A stretch of 63,998 nucleotides of DNA, the filler included, from Stramenopiles sp. TOSAG23-6 (lineage: Eukaryota), in assembly GCA_900128565.1 (NCBI GenBank). It is 24 parts of 24 records of this genome, joined end to end, with 100 filler letters (N's around TTAATTAATTAA, not from the genome) between each part and the next. Parts side by side here need not be neighbours in the genome. Positions count along the whole stretch, not along the records: positions 1 to 2,589 come from LT637935.1; positions 2,690 to 5,276 come from LT637936.1; positions 5,377 to 7,962 come from LT637937.1; positions 8,063 to 10,647 come from LT637938.1; positions 10,748 to 13,327 come from LT637939.1; 19 more parts are not named here. One strand, given 5' to 3'. Shown here piece by piece: positions 1 through 10,827 of the stretch. Each line of letters begins with the position of its first letter. Within the stretch, counting starts at the first letter, position 1. A program made the translations under genes and the position numbers. A model generated the notes under the pieces. It searched no databases, was not told where the DNA came from, and was given only the letters and a program-made list of their open reading frames with translations.

Positions 1-1
1 T

Positions 2-55
<54 letters not shown>

Positions 56-137
56 GATTTTTTTTTTTTTTTTGAAAATTTTGTACCTAACAATTTTTTT
101 ATAGAAATTTTTTTTTAAATATTTTTCCAAAATACAT

Positions 138-1028
138 GGAGCCCGGGTACACTTGGTTTTGGACATCGTTGTAAACGAAAATTATATATTTGGGTTCATA
201 GCAGTTTTGTCGCTCGTATTGAAACATCAGACTCAGAGCACCAACATCAGAAAGGACAGAAATTAGATGAAAATGATAAAAATGATAAAAAACAAAAAAA
301 ATCAGACTTAAACTCAAAAAACTCAAAAAACTCAAAAAACTCAAAACCTGCAGAAGAAAAGATTGCTAATTTGAAAAATAGTCAGAAAGTGCCGGATAAA
401 GTTACAAAGAAAATGGCAAAATCATTTTCAAAAGAGTGTTGGGATGAAGGGCGTTGGGAAGCTGCTGCAAAAGATCATGAAGGTCGCATTACTCGTGCTC
501 AATGGCAATGTATTGTTGCTGAGAGAACTCCTGGTGTTAATGCAATGTGTAAATTGGAAATTGATGGCTGCCATAAAGACATTAAACATAAAAAGTATCC
601 CTCTGGTTTTGGTGTTGATTTCGTGTGCACAGCTATACAACCACAAACTGGAGAGGAGGCTATGGTTGGTGAAGTTGGACCAGCACAAAGATCGTATAAA
701 CCATCCAAAGAGCAACAACAAGCTACAATGGAAAAAGCGCGAAACTTTTCGGGGGATTCTCGATTAGGATCTCTTGCAACGTCACTGGTATGTTTTATTT
801 TTTTCAATTTCGAGTTTTTTTTTTCGTACGAAATTTTGTACCTAACAAAAATATTACAAAAAAAAAATATTTTTCAAAATACATGCTGGTTCTCAGCTCA
901 AATTACAATTTAGTAATGACAGTATGCATGAAATTGGTGCAGATGAAGCATCTCTAAATAATGATACTGATTCATCTGATGAAGATAAAAATTCACATTC
1001 TGCTGAGAAGAAAATGGTACATACATGA
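138..1028 (+). CDS. Hypothetical protein, 3' part; exons 138-787 and 885-1028
   Basis: Frame open from the AATACAT acceptor at 137; removing 788-884 (GTATG..ATACAT) joins ..ATSL to AGSQLKL..SAEKKMVHT*. Confidence 0.6.
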
Positions 1029-1076
1029 TGAATGACGTCATACCATTTTTCTTATTTTGAAATTATTTTTTTTACC

Positions 1077-1109
<33 letters not shown>

Positions 1110-1290
1110 ATATTTTCGTACTTGATTTTCATACTTTACAATGTATTGAATGAAGATATGATCAACAAGTACACACTTTGACAAATAGTATATTTATATA
1201 AGAACGAGTTACTAAAACAACACATTAATTATTTTGAAAAAAAATTTGAATTTTTTTCTTGTCATTTTTTTTACTAAGAATAGTTTATAT

Positions 1291-2589
1291 ATGACAATAA
1301 ATTTTTCTAATGTATGTTTTATTTTTTTTTTTTTTTTGAATTTCGAATTTATTTTTTTTTTCGTACGAAATTTTGTACCTAACAATTTTTTTTAGATTTT
1401 TTTGAAATACATGGATCGACACCGTCAGCGAAACGCATTGATTTAGTGAATTCTTTTAATAATGAAAATAATAATTATTTTGTATTTCTATTGAGCTCAA
1501 AGGCAGGTGGAGTAGGTTTAAATCTTATTGGAGCTAATAGATTGTTTCTATACGATATTGATTGGAATCCAGCAACTGATGCACAAGCAATGGCTCGAGT
1601 ACGATTTATTTTTTTTTCAATTTTTTATCTAAATTTTTTTTTCATACGAAATTTTGTACCTAAATACAAACAAATAAAAAATATTTTTTCAACAATACGA
1701 GTCTGGAGATACGGTCAAAAGAAAGATGTTTCAATTTATAGGTTATTATGTACAGGAACTATCGAAGAGAAAATATTTCAACGACAATTATCAAAAGTTG
1801 AGCTCTCTGATGCTGTAGTCGATATAGAAAGTTCGGAAAATAATAGTACTCTTTTAAAAAGTAACAAAAACACGAAATCTAAAACGGATTCTTCTAATTC
1901 TAAACGAAAATTTAATTTGGACGATTTACGTGGATTGTTCATGTTACATCGAAATACAGTCTGTGATACGGCAAATATTGTGGGAAATATGTAGGTGTTT
2001 ATCCCCTAACCCTAATGTTTATTTATTCGACCCCACAAATCTAAAAATCTAAAAATCTAAACATCTCAACATCTAAACATCTAAACATTTTGTGCCTAAC
2101 ATTTTTTTTATTTTTCGTGATATATTTTTTTATTAAATTTCTGGTTGGGAGAAAACACAAACTGCAGATACAGTGAATGACTTTGATTCGTCGCTCTCTG
2201 AGACATTGAAGATATTATTGTACCCTAACCCTAACAGTGTAGATGAAAAAAATATTGTATCTTTTGTACATGTATGTTTTATTTTTTTCAATTTCGAATT
2301 TATTTTGTTTTTGTTTCGTACGAAATTTTGTACCTAACGATTTTTTTTGAAATATTTTTTTCTACATGAAATTTCAATCTTTTTCTACTATGAAAATTTT
2401 GTACCTAATCAAATAATTCAATGTAAAATATTTTTCACGATATATGCTGTTACTACTAATGCATCTAATAAAGCGATGAATAGTACAATAAATGATAGCC
2501 ACCCTAACCCTAACCCTAGCCCTAATAGTACAAGAAATGATATCCATAAAAACGTCCTACAAATAAATGAAAAGCAGCAACATTGCACA
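1291..2589 (+). CDS. SNF2/Rad54-family helicase C-terminal region; introns 1312-1412, 1599-1700, 1991-2138, 2272-2445
   Basis: GSTPSAKRIDLVNSFN, FLLSSKAGGVGLNLIGANRL, DWNPATDAQAMAR|VWRYGQKK, GTIEEKIFQRQ; the N-terminal part is unclear. Confidence 0.85.
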
Positions 2590-2689
2590 NNNNNNNNNNN
2601 NNNNNNNNNNNNNNNNNNNNNNNNNNNNNNNNNTTAATTAATTAANNNNNNNNNNNNNNNNNNNNNNNNNNNNNNNNNNNNNNNNNNNN
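2590..2689. other. Artificial contig linker (N-run + TTAATTAATTAA + N-run); 23 such linkers about every 2.67 kb up to 61353-61452
   Basis: Identical all-frame-stop spacer flanked by Ns; unrelated gene fragments on either side. Confidence 0.97.
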
Positions 2690-2723
<34 letters not shown>

Positions 2724-2739
2724 TATTTTTCACAATATT

Positions 2740-4083
2740 TGTGAACTTCGTGAAGTTTTGCGAGCCGTTATATCAAAAACTGTTTCAATAATTATGTCAA
2801 CACCAACAACTGAAAAAGTACGAGGCTTCGTTTGTTTGGATAATGACGTCACTAAAAGTGTGGAGGAGCTTGCTGGAAGCATTGTGGCTGGAAGTATAAA
2901 AAGACGTCAAGAACGTCGAGAGATGTTGGTTTTTTTTTTACATTTTTTTTTTTTTTCAAACTTTTTTTTTTTTTTCGTACGGAATTTTGTACCTAACGAT
3001 TTTTTTTGAATTTTTTTTTCGACATTAAATGGTACGACTTTGTCGAGAGTTACGATCAGAGATGAAATCTATTGAGGCTGATGTATGTTTTATTTTTTTT
3101 TTTGCAAAAAAATCGTTTTTTTTTTCGTACGAAATTTTGTACCTAACAAATTTTAGTTTTTTTTTCTTTGAAATATTTTTCCAAAATACATGCGGCAAAA
3201 AAGAGAGAGCAGGCATTAATCAATTTGATGATAAAACAACGAATGGGAAAATATGCATACTATATCTTTTTTTGGAAGCGTGAAAAGTATGAAAAATACA
3301 TTCGTGAGAATGAAATGCATTTAATTAACGCAGCTGAAAATAAGAGTCAACATGGTACAGCTCTCAAGCGAAGAAAGCGAAAATCACGTTTCAAAAAAAA
3401 AAAGAAAAAAATAGGTAAAAAAAAGAAAGATGTTGACCCAGGAGAAATTCATTCGAAGAAAGGGGTGTTACCAGGAAAGCTTCAGAGTCTCGAAATAAGA
3501 GCCCAACTACGAACGGATAAACAAGATGATATTGATGATGCCCGATGGGATGCTCTACGAGAAAGACGTAGTAAAAGACGTATGTTTTAATTATGAATTT
3601 TGGATATTTTTTTCATACCAAATTTCCTACCTAACGATTTTTAAAAAATATATTTTTTCACCAACATGTCCTGTACCAAGATGGAAGATGGCAACACGAA
3701 AACAGGTACCCCTTCGAATAAATTTAAGTACAAAGAGTATGTCTGCCCTTCCAAAAGAAATCCAAGAACAAGTACTAAAAGAGCAACAAGATGCCGCAGA
3801 GTTATTAGCGCTTAGTGAGACTGAGGCTCGACTGAAAAAAGCTGTTACTGTCAAAGAAAATGATGCACAAAAACAACTTTTGGAATCTCAAGAAGAAGAC
3901 AAAGACAATCCAAAGAAAAAAAACGAGATGAAAATCACACCGTACTATAGCTTAGCAGAAAAAAGAAGTCGAATCTATTGGACCGCGTCTCCTCGTATTT
4001 TACCTGAATCAAGAACCAATAAAAGTAGCCTATCACGATTATCTTCGCGCAATTCAAAAAGACCAAGAACATCTAGATTTTAG
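2740..4083 (+). CDS. Hypothetical basic/coiled-coil protein, 3' part; introns 2925-3030, 3083-3191, 3580-3667
   Basis: Four ORF pieces join in frame when the GT..AT introns are removed (REM-VRLC, EAD-AAKK, KRR-PVPRW). Confidence 0.65.
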
Positions 4084-4709
4084 ATACATCAAAAAGACCA
4101 AGAACATCTAGATTTTAGATACATTAAAATAGTAATAAATGAATTTATAATGTTTTGATACATTTCTTAAAAGGACTTATTTTTGCAAATAGTAATAAAT
4201 GAGTTCCTTACTTTTGCCTATGAATTAAGCGACCTCCTACTAAAGCACGACCTTTTTTTCGTTTTAACTTTGGGTTCATACTACTACGGCGTAATTCTTT
4301 TTCCATTTTATGCTGTTGTTGGGAATTTTTCTTTTCTTTGTGCAGATGACCATGAACTTCCTCTACGCGAGTTACNNNNNNNNNNNNNNNNNNNNNNNNN
4401 NNAATGAGCAAGGTCGTTTGTGTAGACATGTGCTTGAACAGAAATATTTTCTACATGTGTGCAATCTTTTCGTTTATTATGCTGATGCATTTGTGGAATG
4501 AGTTCTCTCTGTAATATGTTTGCATATCTCAACGCTTGGTGTTGAACGTAACCTCGTTTTTCAGTCCTTTTACTGCGAGCCCCCCTTCCTTCCTTCGCGG
4601 GAATATGTTTTACATGTATTGTAAAAAAAATTAAATTCGAAATTTGTTAGGTACAAAATTGCGTACGAAAAAAAAATTTAGGTAAAAAATTCATAATGAA
4701 AACGTACTT

Positions 4710-5276
4710 CTACTTAATATCACCTTGGCCAAGCATACCACGACCAGGTTGCCATTCATATTCCCAAATATAAGGATATTGCTGACCAAAGTTTAAAACA
4801 CATTCATGATCCTTTTTAATATAACTTGTGCAAGCAGCAAGTGTTGCATGCTTCCAACCTTGAGCTTGTGCCTCTGTTTTTGTAGCAAAACTAAATTTAG
4901 CGCCGTCTTTGAGAGTAAATCTAAACCCTTTGAACCAGTATTGCTTAGACGATACAAAATTCTCTCTTGTCTTTGGAGTGTTTATTACTTGAACATCTAC
5001 AATATCGGCTAAATGTATCTTGAGTTTATTCGTTTTCTTCGTTTGTTTTGAAGGTATCGAAAAACGGGTAAATAAACGTTTGCATGCCGCAATGAAGCCA
5101 TATTTGCGAAATACCTCACTAAAACTTGGGATATATTTCTTTTTGACTATATCTTTGCGTAACGCAGAGTAGAATGTTTCATTTGTAAGAACATAATTTG
5201 ATTTTACCCATTTTTGATTATTTTGTTTAGGTACATTATTTTGTTCAGGTGTACTAGAATTATTTAAAGATAAATT
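4710..5276 (-). CDS. Partial ORF with possible PH-like fold, followed by a GT-AT intron-like element at 4614-4707
   Basis: Open frame ..IHLADIVDVQ..FSFATKTEAQAQGWKHA..; gene structure uncertain. Confidence 0.35.
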   Translation of the reverse strand, partial: NLSLNNSSTPEQNNVPKQNNQKWVKSNYVLTNETFYSALRKDIVKKKYIPSFSEVFRKYGFIAACKRLFTRFSIPSKQTKKTNKLKIHLADIVDVQVINTPKTRENFVSSKQYWFKGFRFTLKDGAKFSFATKTEAQAQGWKHATLAACTSYIKKDHECVLNFGQQYPYIWEYEWQPGRGMLGQGDIK

Positions 5277-5519
5277 NNNNNNNNNNNNNNNNNNNNNNNN
5301 NNNNNNNNNNNNNNNNNNNNTTAATTAATTAANNNNNNNNNNNNNNNNNNNNNNNNNNNNNNNNNNNNNNNNNNNNTGTTTTTTTTTTTTTTTTTAATTT
5401 TTTTTTTTTTTAAATTTTTTTTTTTTTTTAATTTTTTTTTTTTTTTTAATGTTTTTTTTTTCGTAAAAAAAATTCATACCTAATGCTTTGTAAAAAAAAA
5501 ATATTTTTTCACAAAAAAT

Positions 5520-6016
5520 GTCTGGAAGGAAAAGCAAAATTATTCTTTTCCAGCTGAATATGGATTCTCATACGGTAAGGGAAAGCAGAGAGCACTTGTA
5601 TCTTTTATTTTTTTGAAATATTTTTTCAAAATTATTTTTTTTTTATAGGAAATTTTGTACCTAAAAATTTTTTTTAGATTTTTTTGAAATATTTTTTCAA
5701 AATTATTTTTTTTTTATAGGAAATTTTATACCTAACAATTTTTTTTTTTTGGTAAATTTTGAAATATTTTTCCAAAATACATCTGTCACTCACAATGGTA
5801 GATTTATTAGAAGCTTGGCGGCATAAGAAATCTGCTGAGAAATTCTTCAAACAACTCATAAGAAAGAAAAATATTGCCTCAAAACCTCCCATTCGGTACA
5901 GGACAAGATTTTTGACAAAACTTGGTTCTGTTATAAAAACAACGAGTCCAAAATTCTTTGAACAGGTGCAATTTAACCTCTCTAGAAAAAGGAAAGAAAA
6001 AGGTTTATTTTGGTAA
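5520..6016 (+). CDS. Hypothetical protein, last exons (5520-5597, 5783-6016)
   Basis: In-frame join across intron 5598-5782 (GTATC..ATACAT). Confidence 0.5.
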
Positions 6017-6179
6017 AAAAAAAGCAAAATAGAATTTATTCTAGAAAAATGAAAGAAAAAGGTTTATTTTGGTAAAAAAAAAAGCAAAATAGAATTTATT
6101 CGAGAAAAAGGAAAGAATTTATTTTGTCATTTTGGTGAATTCAAAAAAAGAATTTATTCGTAGAACGAGTAAAAGTGTT

Positions 6180-6275
6180 AGTGCTGCACGTATCTTTGGA
6201 TTCCATACCATTTTTTCATACCTAAAAAAATAAGTACAAAAAAATGGTACGGAATCCAAAGATACGTACAGCACT
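6180..6275. mobile_element. MITE-like inverted repeat, ~37-bp imperfect arms
   Basis: AGTGCTGCACGTATCTTTGGATTCCATACCATTTTTT pairs with AAAAAATGGTACGGAATCCAAAGATACGTACAGCACT (2 mismatches). Confidence 0.55.
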
Positions 6276-6547
6276 GAGAAGTGTGCATCCGGGATTCTAG
6301 AAAAAGAAAAGAATCAGTTTGGTAATCTTGTAATTAGTAATGTATGTAAAACATTTTGCTGACTTTATACTATGTATGAAGACTACTACTACTATACAAT
6401 GACTATATACAGTTGATCAAATAGAATTAATCCTTTATAGAATTTTAAAATTTGTTAGGTAAATTAAACGGTTCACTTCTTTTTAGTAAAATTTTAATTT
6501 TGAGTCTTTGATGACCATTACTCCAGCGGCCTCTCCTCCAGCTCTGG

Positions 6548-7390
6548 CTATATTGCCTCCGGCACGGGTAACAACTCATGTGCCGTGCCATCAGAAGTAG
6601 CAAGAGCAGTTTGAACCTTCACACTCTTAACGCAATTCTTTTTGTCACCAACACACTTATTCATGCCGTCTCTACTGTCATATTCACCATCCGGACAGAA
6701 AATGCACTGGCCACCCTTAAACATCTCTGTTGCTTCACACCTCGCTTGGTAATCTCCAGCTGGTTCAGAAGGAACTGCGATACATCGGTGGTTTTCACCA
6801 TCCATAGCTTTTTTTGCCCTTGTTGCTACCGCTAGGGATACATCCGCCGCCACCTGGGGGCCATTCTCCACCGCATTCCGCATAGCGCCTATCGCCGCCT
6901 GGGACAAATCTGCCGCTACCTGTTGGCTATTCTCCCTCGCATTCCGCATAGCCTCCGCCGCCGCCGCCGCCGCCGCCTGGGACACATCCGTCGCCACCCG
7001 GGAGCCACTCTCCACCGCATTCTGCATAGCGCCTATCGCCGCATTCGACAACATATCAAACGCCCCTCCGGCAGCTCTTTGGCCATTCTCTTGAGCAGCT
7101 TGAACCGTGTCACTTACACTCGTTGCAGCTAAATCTTCAGCTTGTCTGAGGGCCGTGCTTGGTCGTCTATTGCTGATGAGATAATCTTCCAAAGCTCGGA
7201 CGGCATTGCTTGGTCGCCATCGACTAGACTGCGTCTGCGCGTTAGCGATTCGTGCTCGAAACCTCCTTCTCAATTCTCCTCCTCCTAGTAGAACGAGAAT
7301 GAAGGCGAGTAGTGCTAAATATTTTTTCAGTGGTCCCATTTTGAAATCGTAGTGATTTTTTTTGGATACGTACAAATGTTTTCTGCGCAT
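6548..7390 (-). CDS. Membrane-anchored protein with Ala-rich helical repeats and Cys-rich C-terminus
   Basis: 280 aa ORF; N-terminal hydrophobic helix; repeats of AAIGAMxNAVENGxxVAxDxS. Confidence 0.7.
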   Translation of the reverse strand: MRRKHLYVSKKNHYDFKMGPLKKYLALLAFILVLLGGGELRRRFRARIANAQTQSSRWRPSNAVRALEDYLISNRRPSTALRQAEDLAATSVSDTVQAAQENGQRAAGGAFDMLSNAAIGAMQNAVESGSRVATDVSQAAAAAAAEAMRNARENSQQVAADLSQAAIGAMRNAVENGPQVAADVSLAVATRAKKAMDGENHRCIAVPSEPAGDYQARCEATEMFKGGQCIFCPDGEYDSRDGMNKCVGDKKNCVKSVKVQTALATSDGTAHELLPVPEAI

Positions 7391-7584
7391 CTAGCGCGCT
7401 GTTCATTTTGGTGATTTTAACTTCTTCGCGCAAACACGAAATCTCGATATTCCAAAAAAAACAACAAAAATGATTTACTGTTTATTCACTTTTTTATTCA
7501 AAAATATTTTTTCATTTTGTACCAAATTTTTATGATTTTCATATTTGTATAAAATTTAGGTACAAAAAAATGTTTGGTACCAAA

Positions 7585-7907
7585 TTAACTTTTTCTTCGA
7601 GTCATATGATCATAAATCACAATTTGTTCATATTCCGATGACGTCATCTCTGTGCGTGTCGTATTGTCACCAGGCATATATTGTGAAAAAATATTTTTTT
7701 TTGGAAAATTTTGTTAGGTACGAAATTTCGTACGAAAAAAAAAATGTAGATAAAAAATTGAAAAAAAACTAAAACATACTCAGAATGAGGATCTACATTA
7801 ATTATTTTCCTATCACGTTTGTTCTTAAATAATAGACCTTTTTCATTTGTTGATAAAACTTCAAAATTTGGGCTTGAGTTTATAGAGGAAGAAATCGTTT
7901 CCCAGTT
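7585..7907 (-). CDS. CFAP299: Cilia- and flagella-associated protein 299-like (DUF4464), last two exons; intron 7676-7779
   Basis: NWET..SSPNFEV..GLLFKNKRDRKIINVDPHSE-PGDNTTR..IVIYDHMTRRKS*. Confidence 0.75.
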
Positions 7908-7918
7908 ACGTATTGTGA

Positions 7919-7951
<33 letters not shown>

Positions 7952-8094
7952 TTGTAAAAAAANNNNNNNNNNNNNNNNNNNNNNNNNNNNNNNNNNNNNN
8001 NNNNNNTTAATTAATTAANNNNNNNNNNNNNNNNNNNNNNNNNNNNNNNNNNNNNNNNNNNNTACGAAAAAAAAAATATTTTTCTTCACTGCAT

Positions 8095-8196
8095 ACGTCA
8101 GGTGAACAACTGGCACAAATATCTGGTGTAGCTGCTATATTGAGGTTCCCTCTTCCTGATATTGAAAGCGAATGTTCCTCTGACGATGAATCGTAG
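8095..8196 (+). CDS. PELO: Pelota/Dom34 last exon
   Basis: [24 protein letters not shown] after an acceptor ending CTGCAT. Confidence 0.85.
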   Translation, partial: TSGEQLAQISGVAAILRFPLPDIESECSSDDES

Positions 8197-8863
8197 TAAG
8201 ACTTTGTGCTTCACTCATTCGATATAAAATTATTGATAAAATAAACCCTATTTTTTTTTCAGTTTTTTTTTTTTTAGTTTTTTTTAGTTTTTTTTAGTTT
8301 TTTTTCATACGAAATTTTATACCTAAACAATATCATCACGAGAGAGAGATTTTTTACTACTTTAGATGAATGAAATTTTTGTCATATTTTTAATATGTTT
8401 TTAGCGTTAGTGGTCGGAGTAAACATTGACTTGATTGAATATAAAATTAATCATATTTCATTTATTTGTTCATTAATATTGACCAAACATGTAACTACAA
8501 AATAATAAAAAAAAATTGTTTACGTACAAAAAGATTTCAAACAAGTTGAAAATTTAATATTATGCCACGTGTCGTATCGTATGTATCGAATTGCCAATTT
8601 TGCACTTCGAGAACTTTCGGGGAACAAACAAAAAAGTTAAAAACGACCACGAAAACAACGACAACGAAACAATAATAACACGAAGGAGATTTGGTGTCCA
8701 TTGTCGCTTTAGTGGGATCAATATTGATTTGCAATTAGATACATCAGTCAAAGTACTCGTTTAGAAAAGAGCTTTTTGTCCTTAGGAGGTTGGGATTTTC
8801 ACTTATAGACGGATATTCAATTAATTTCGTGTTGTTTTTTTACACTCAAGTGAAGGGCACATC

Positions 8864-9530
8864 ATGTCGACAGCTCAAACGCGTTCACCACCAGTAGAAA
8901 ATAAACATGGTGAAGGTGAAAAGAAGAAGAAGAGGAAGAAATCTAGTTTATCTTCGTCCAAAAAGAGATTAATGAAAGATTTTAAGAAGCTACAGCGTGA
9001 TCCACCCTCTGGTATTAGTGGTGCACCTGTAGACAGTAATATTATGGTGTGGCAAGCAGTTATATTTGGTCCAGATGAGACAAGTTGGGAGGGTGGGACG
9101 TTTACACTACTTTTGTCATTTACTGAAGAATATCCAAACAAACCACCAAAGGTAAAATTTTTAACGAAAATGTTTCATCCTAATGTTTACACTGACGGTA
9201 GTATATGTCTTGACATTTTGAAAAGTCAATGGAGTCCTATCTACGATATTTCTGCTATCCTTACATCTATACAATCTCTACTTTCGGATCCAAACCCAAA
9301 GTCACCGGCTAATTCAGAAGCAGCTCGCCTTTATGAAGAAAACAGACGGGAATATGTATCTTTTATTTTTTTTCAATTTCTAATTTTATTTTTTTTTCAT
9401 ACGAAATTTCGTACCTAACGAATTTTTTTAAGTAATTTTTTTTTTCACAATACATAATCGGAGAGTGAGGCAAATTGTGGAGGAAAGTTGGAAACAACCT
9501 GAAGAAAAAACAACGAGTACAAAAGCTTAA
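8864..9530 (+). CDS. UBC2: Ubiquitin-conjugating enzyme E2, Rad6/UBC2; intron 9356-9455
   Basis: [27 protein letters not shown], spliced C-terminus [18 protein letters not shown]. Confidence 0.95.
9356..9455 (+). other. GT-AT intron (100 nt), type example
   Basis: TAT|GTATCTTTT..CATACGAAATTTCGTACCTAAC..CACAATACAT|AAT; this deletion restores the conserved Rad6 C-terminus and no nearby AG does. Confidence 0.9.
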
Positions 9531-9690
9531 TTATTGGGATGACTCAAAAGGAGCATGTTAATAGATAATATATTCTTGACAATTAAGTACTTATTCTGAA
9601 ATAAAAATTCCGTTACATTTACATTTATCATATTTTATTATAAGATCAAACTAAAGTTGAAACTTAAGGATGAAAAGCCCAATTTATTAC

Positions 9691-10647
9691 TTATAGCAAT
9701 ATCTTGTACTTTTCTGACGATGGTACATCACCCACTACAACTCTTCCATCAAATGATAGTGACGCGAATATCCAAGGTTCACAAGGACTCCATGCTACCC
9801 CATAGATACTATCTTCGTGTTCATCAAATTTATTAATGAGGCAGTCAGGNNNNNNNNNNNNNNNNNNNNNNNNAGTTCAATCAGTGGTGCTGAAGAAATC
9901 GATGAACAACGCCAAAGCTTTACTAATTGGTCAGTACTTGCACTAAGTACAAGTTGATCATGGTTTGGATTAAACTTCGTTTGTGTAATCCAATGTGAAT
10001 GAGCCGATATAGTTTTAATAGAGTCTTTGAGATGCCGTAAATCCCAAAACCGAATTTTACCATCATCACCACCACTAATAATATGCCAAGGTTTGTTCGT
10101 ATTATAATCAACGTCGCGAACACATATCCTGTGTGCAGACTCAATATGGTGGGTCATGCAGGAGGATTGACTATTATCTATTCGAAGGTCCCACCCACGT
10201 ATCGACGTCCCATTCGCCGTTATAATATTTTTTTCGTGATGAGGGTCCCAAGTGCCTGCCATAACTCTCAATCCCGGTATATTCACTGTATTCACTGCTG
10301 CTGATGTATCAACATCCATTTGCTTTGAAATGTCCCATAAGTTCAATGAATTTTCGTGAATAGAAACGACTGCCGAAGTATTTGAAGTACCCGGTTCCCA
10401 CAACACACGATGGATTTTCTGTTCTTCAACAATTTTAGGCTTGAGTTGAGAATTGTCATCACCATGACCAAGTTCACCCTTAAATCCATGTCCCCATGTG
10501 TATACAGTACCATCTTCTAGTAATGCAACGGTGCAATCGCCAGCTGGTGATATCTGTTTTACTTTTTTACCTTTTAATTCTTCAACAATTTTAGGTATGT
10601 TTTGATTATTCTCATCACCATGACCAAGTTGAGAGTAAGCTCCCCAT
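9691..10647 (-). CDS. EIPR1: EIPR1/TSSC1-like WD40 protein, preceded in frame by RCC1 repeats (possible chimera)
   Basis: AHRICVRDVDYN..GGDDGKIRFWDLR..HSHW..SISSAP..EKYKILL*; upstream QLGHGD/ELGHGD RCC1 repeats. Confidence 0.75.
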
Positions 10648-10827
10648 NNNNNNNNNNNNNNNNNNNNNNNNNNNNNNNNNNNNNNNNNNNNTTAATTAAT
10701 TAANNNNNNNNNNNNNNNNNNNNNNNNNNNNNNNNNNNNNNNNNNNNGAAAAATATTTCAAAAAAAAATCGTTAGGTACAAAATTTCGTACGAAAAAAAA
10801 TCGATTTTGAAAAAAAATAAAAGATAC

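Noticed and set aside
2634-2645. Periodic TTAATTAATTAA as a biological repeat or CRISPR-like array
   Set aside because: Synthetic spacer inside N runs
9354-9453. Classical U12 AT-AC reading of the introns
   Set aside because: Lacks ATATCC, and the shifted register creates stop codons at 18128-18243 and 13915-14019
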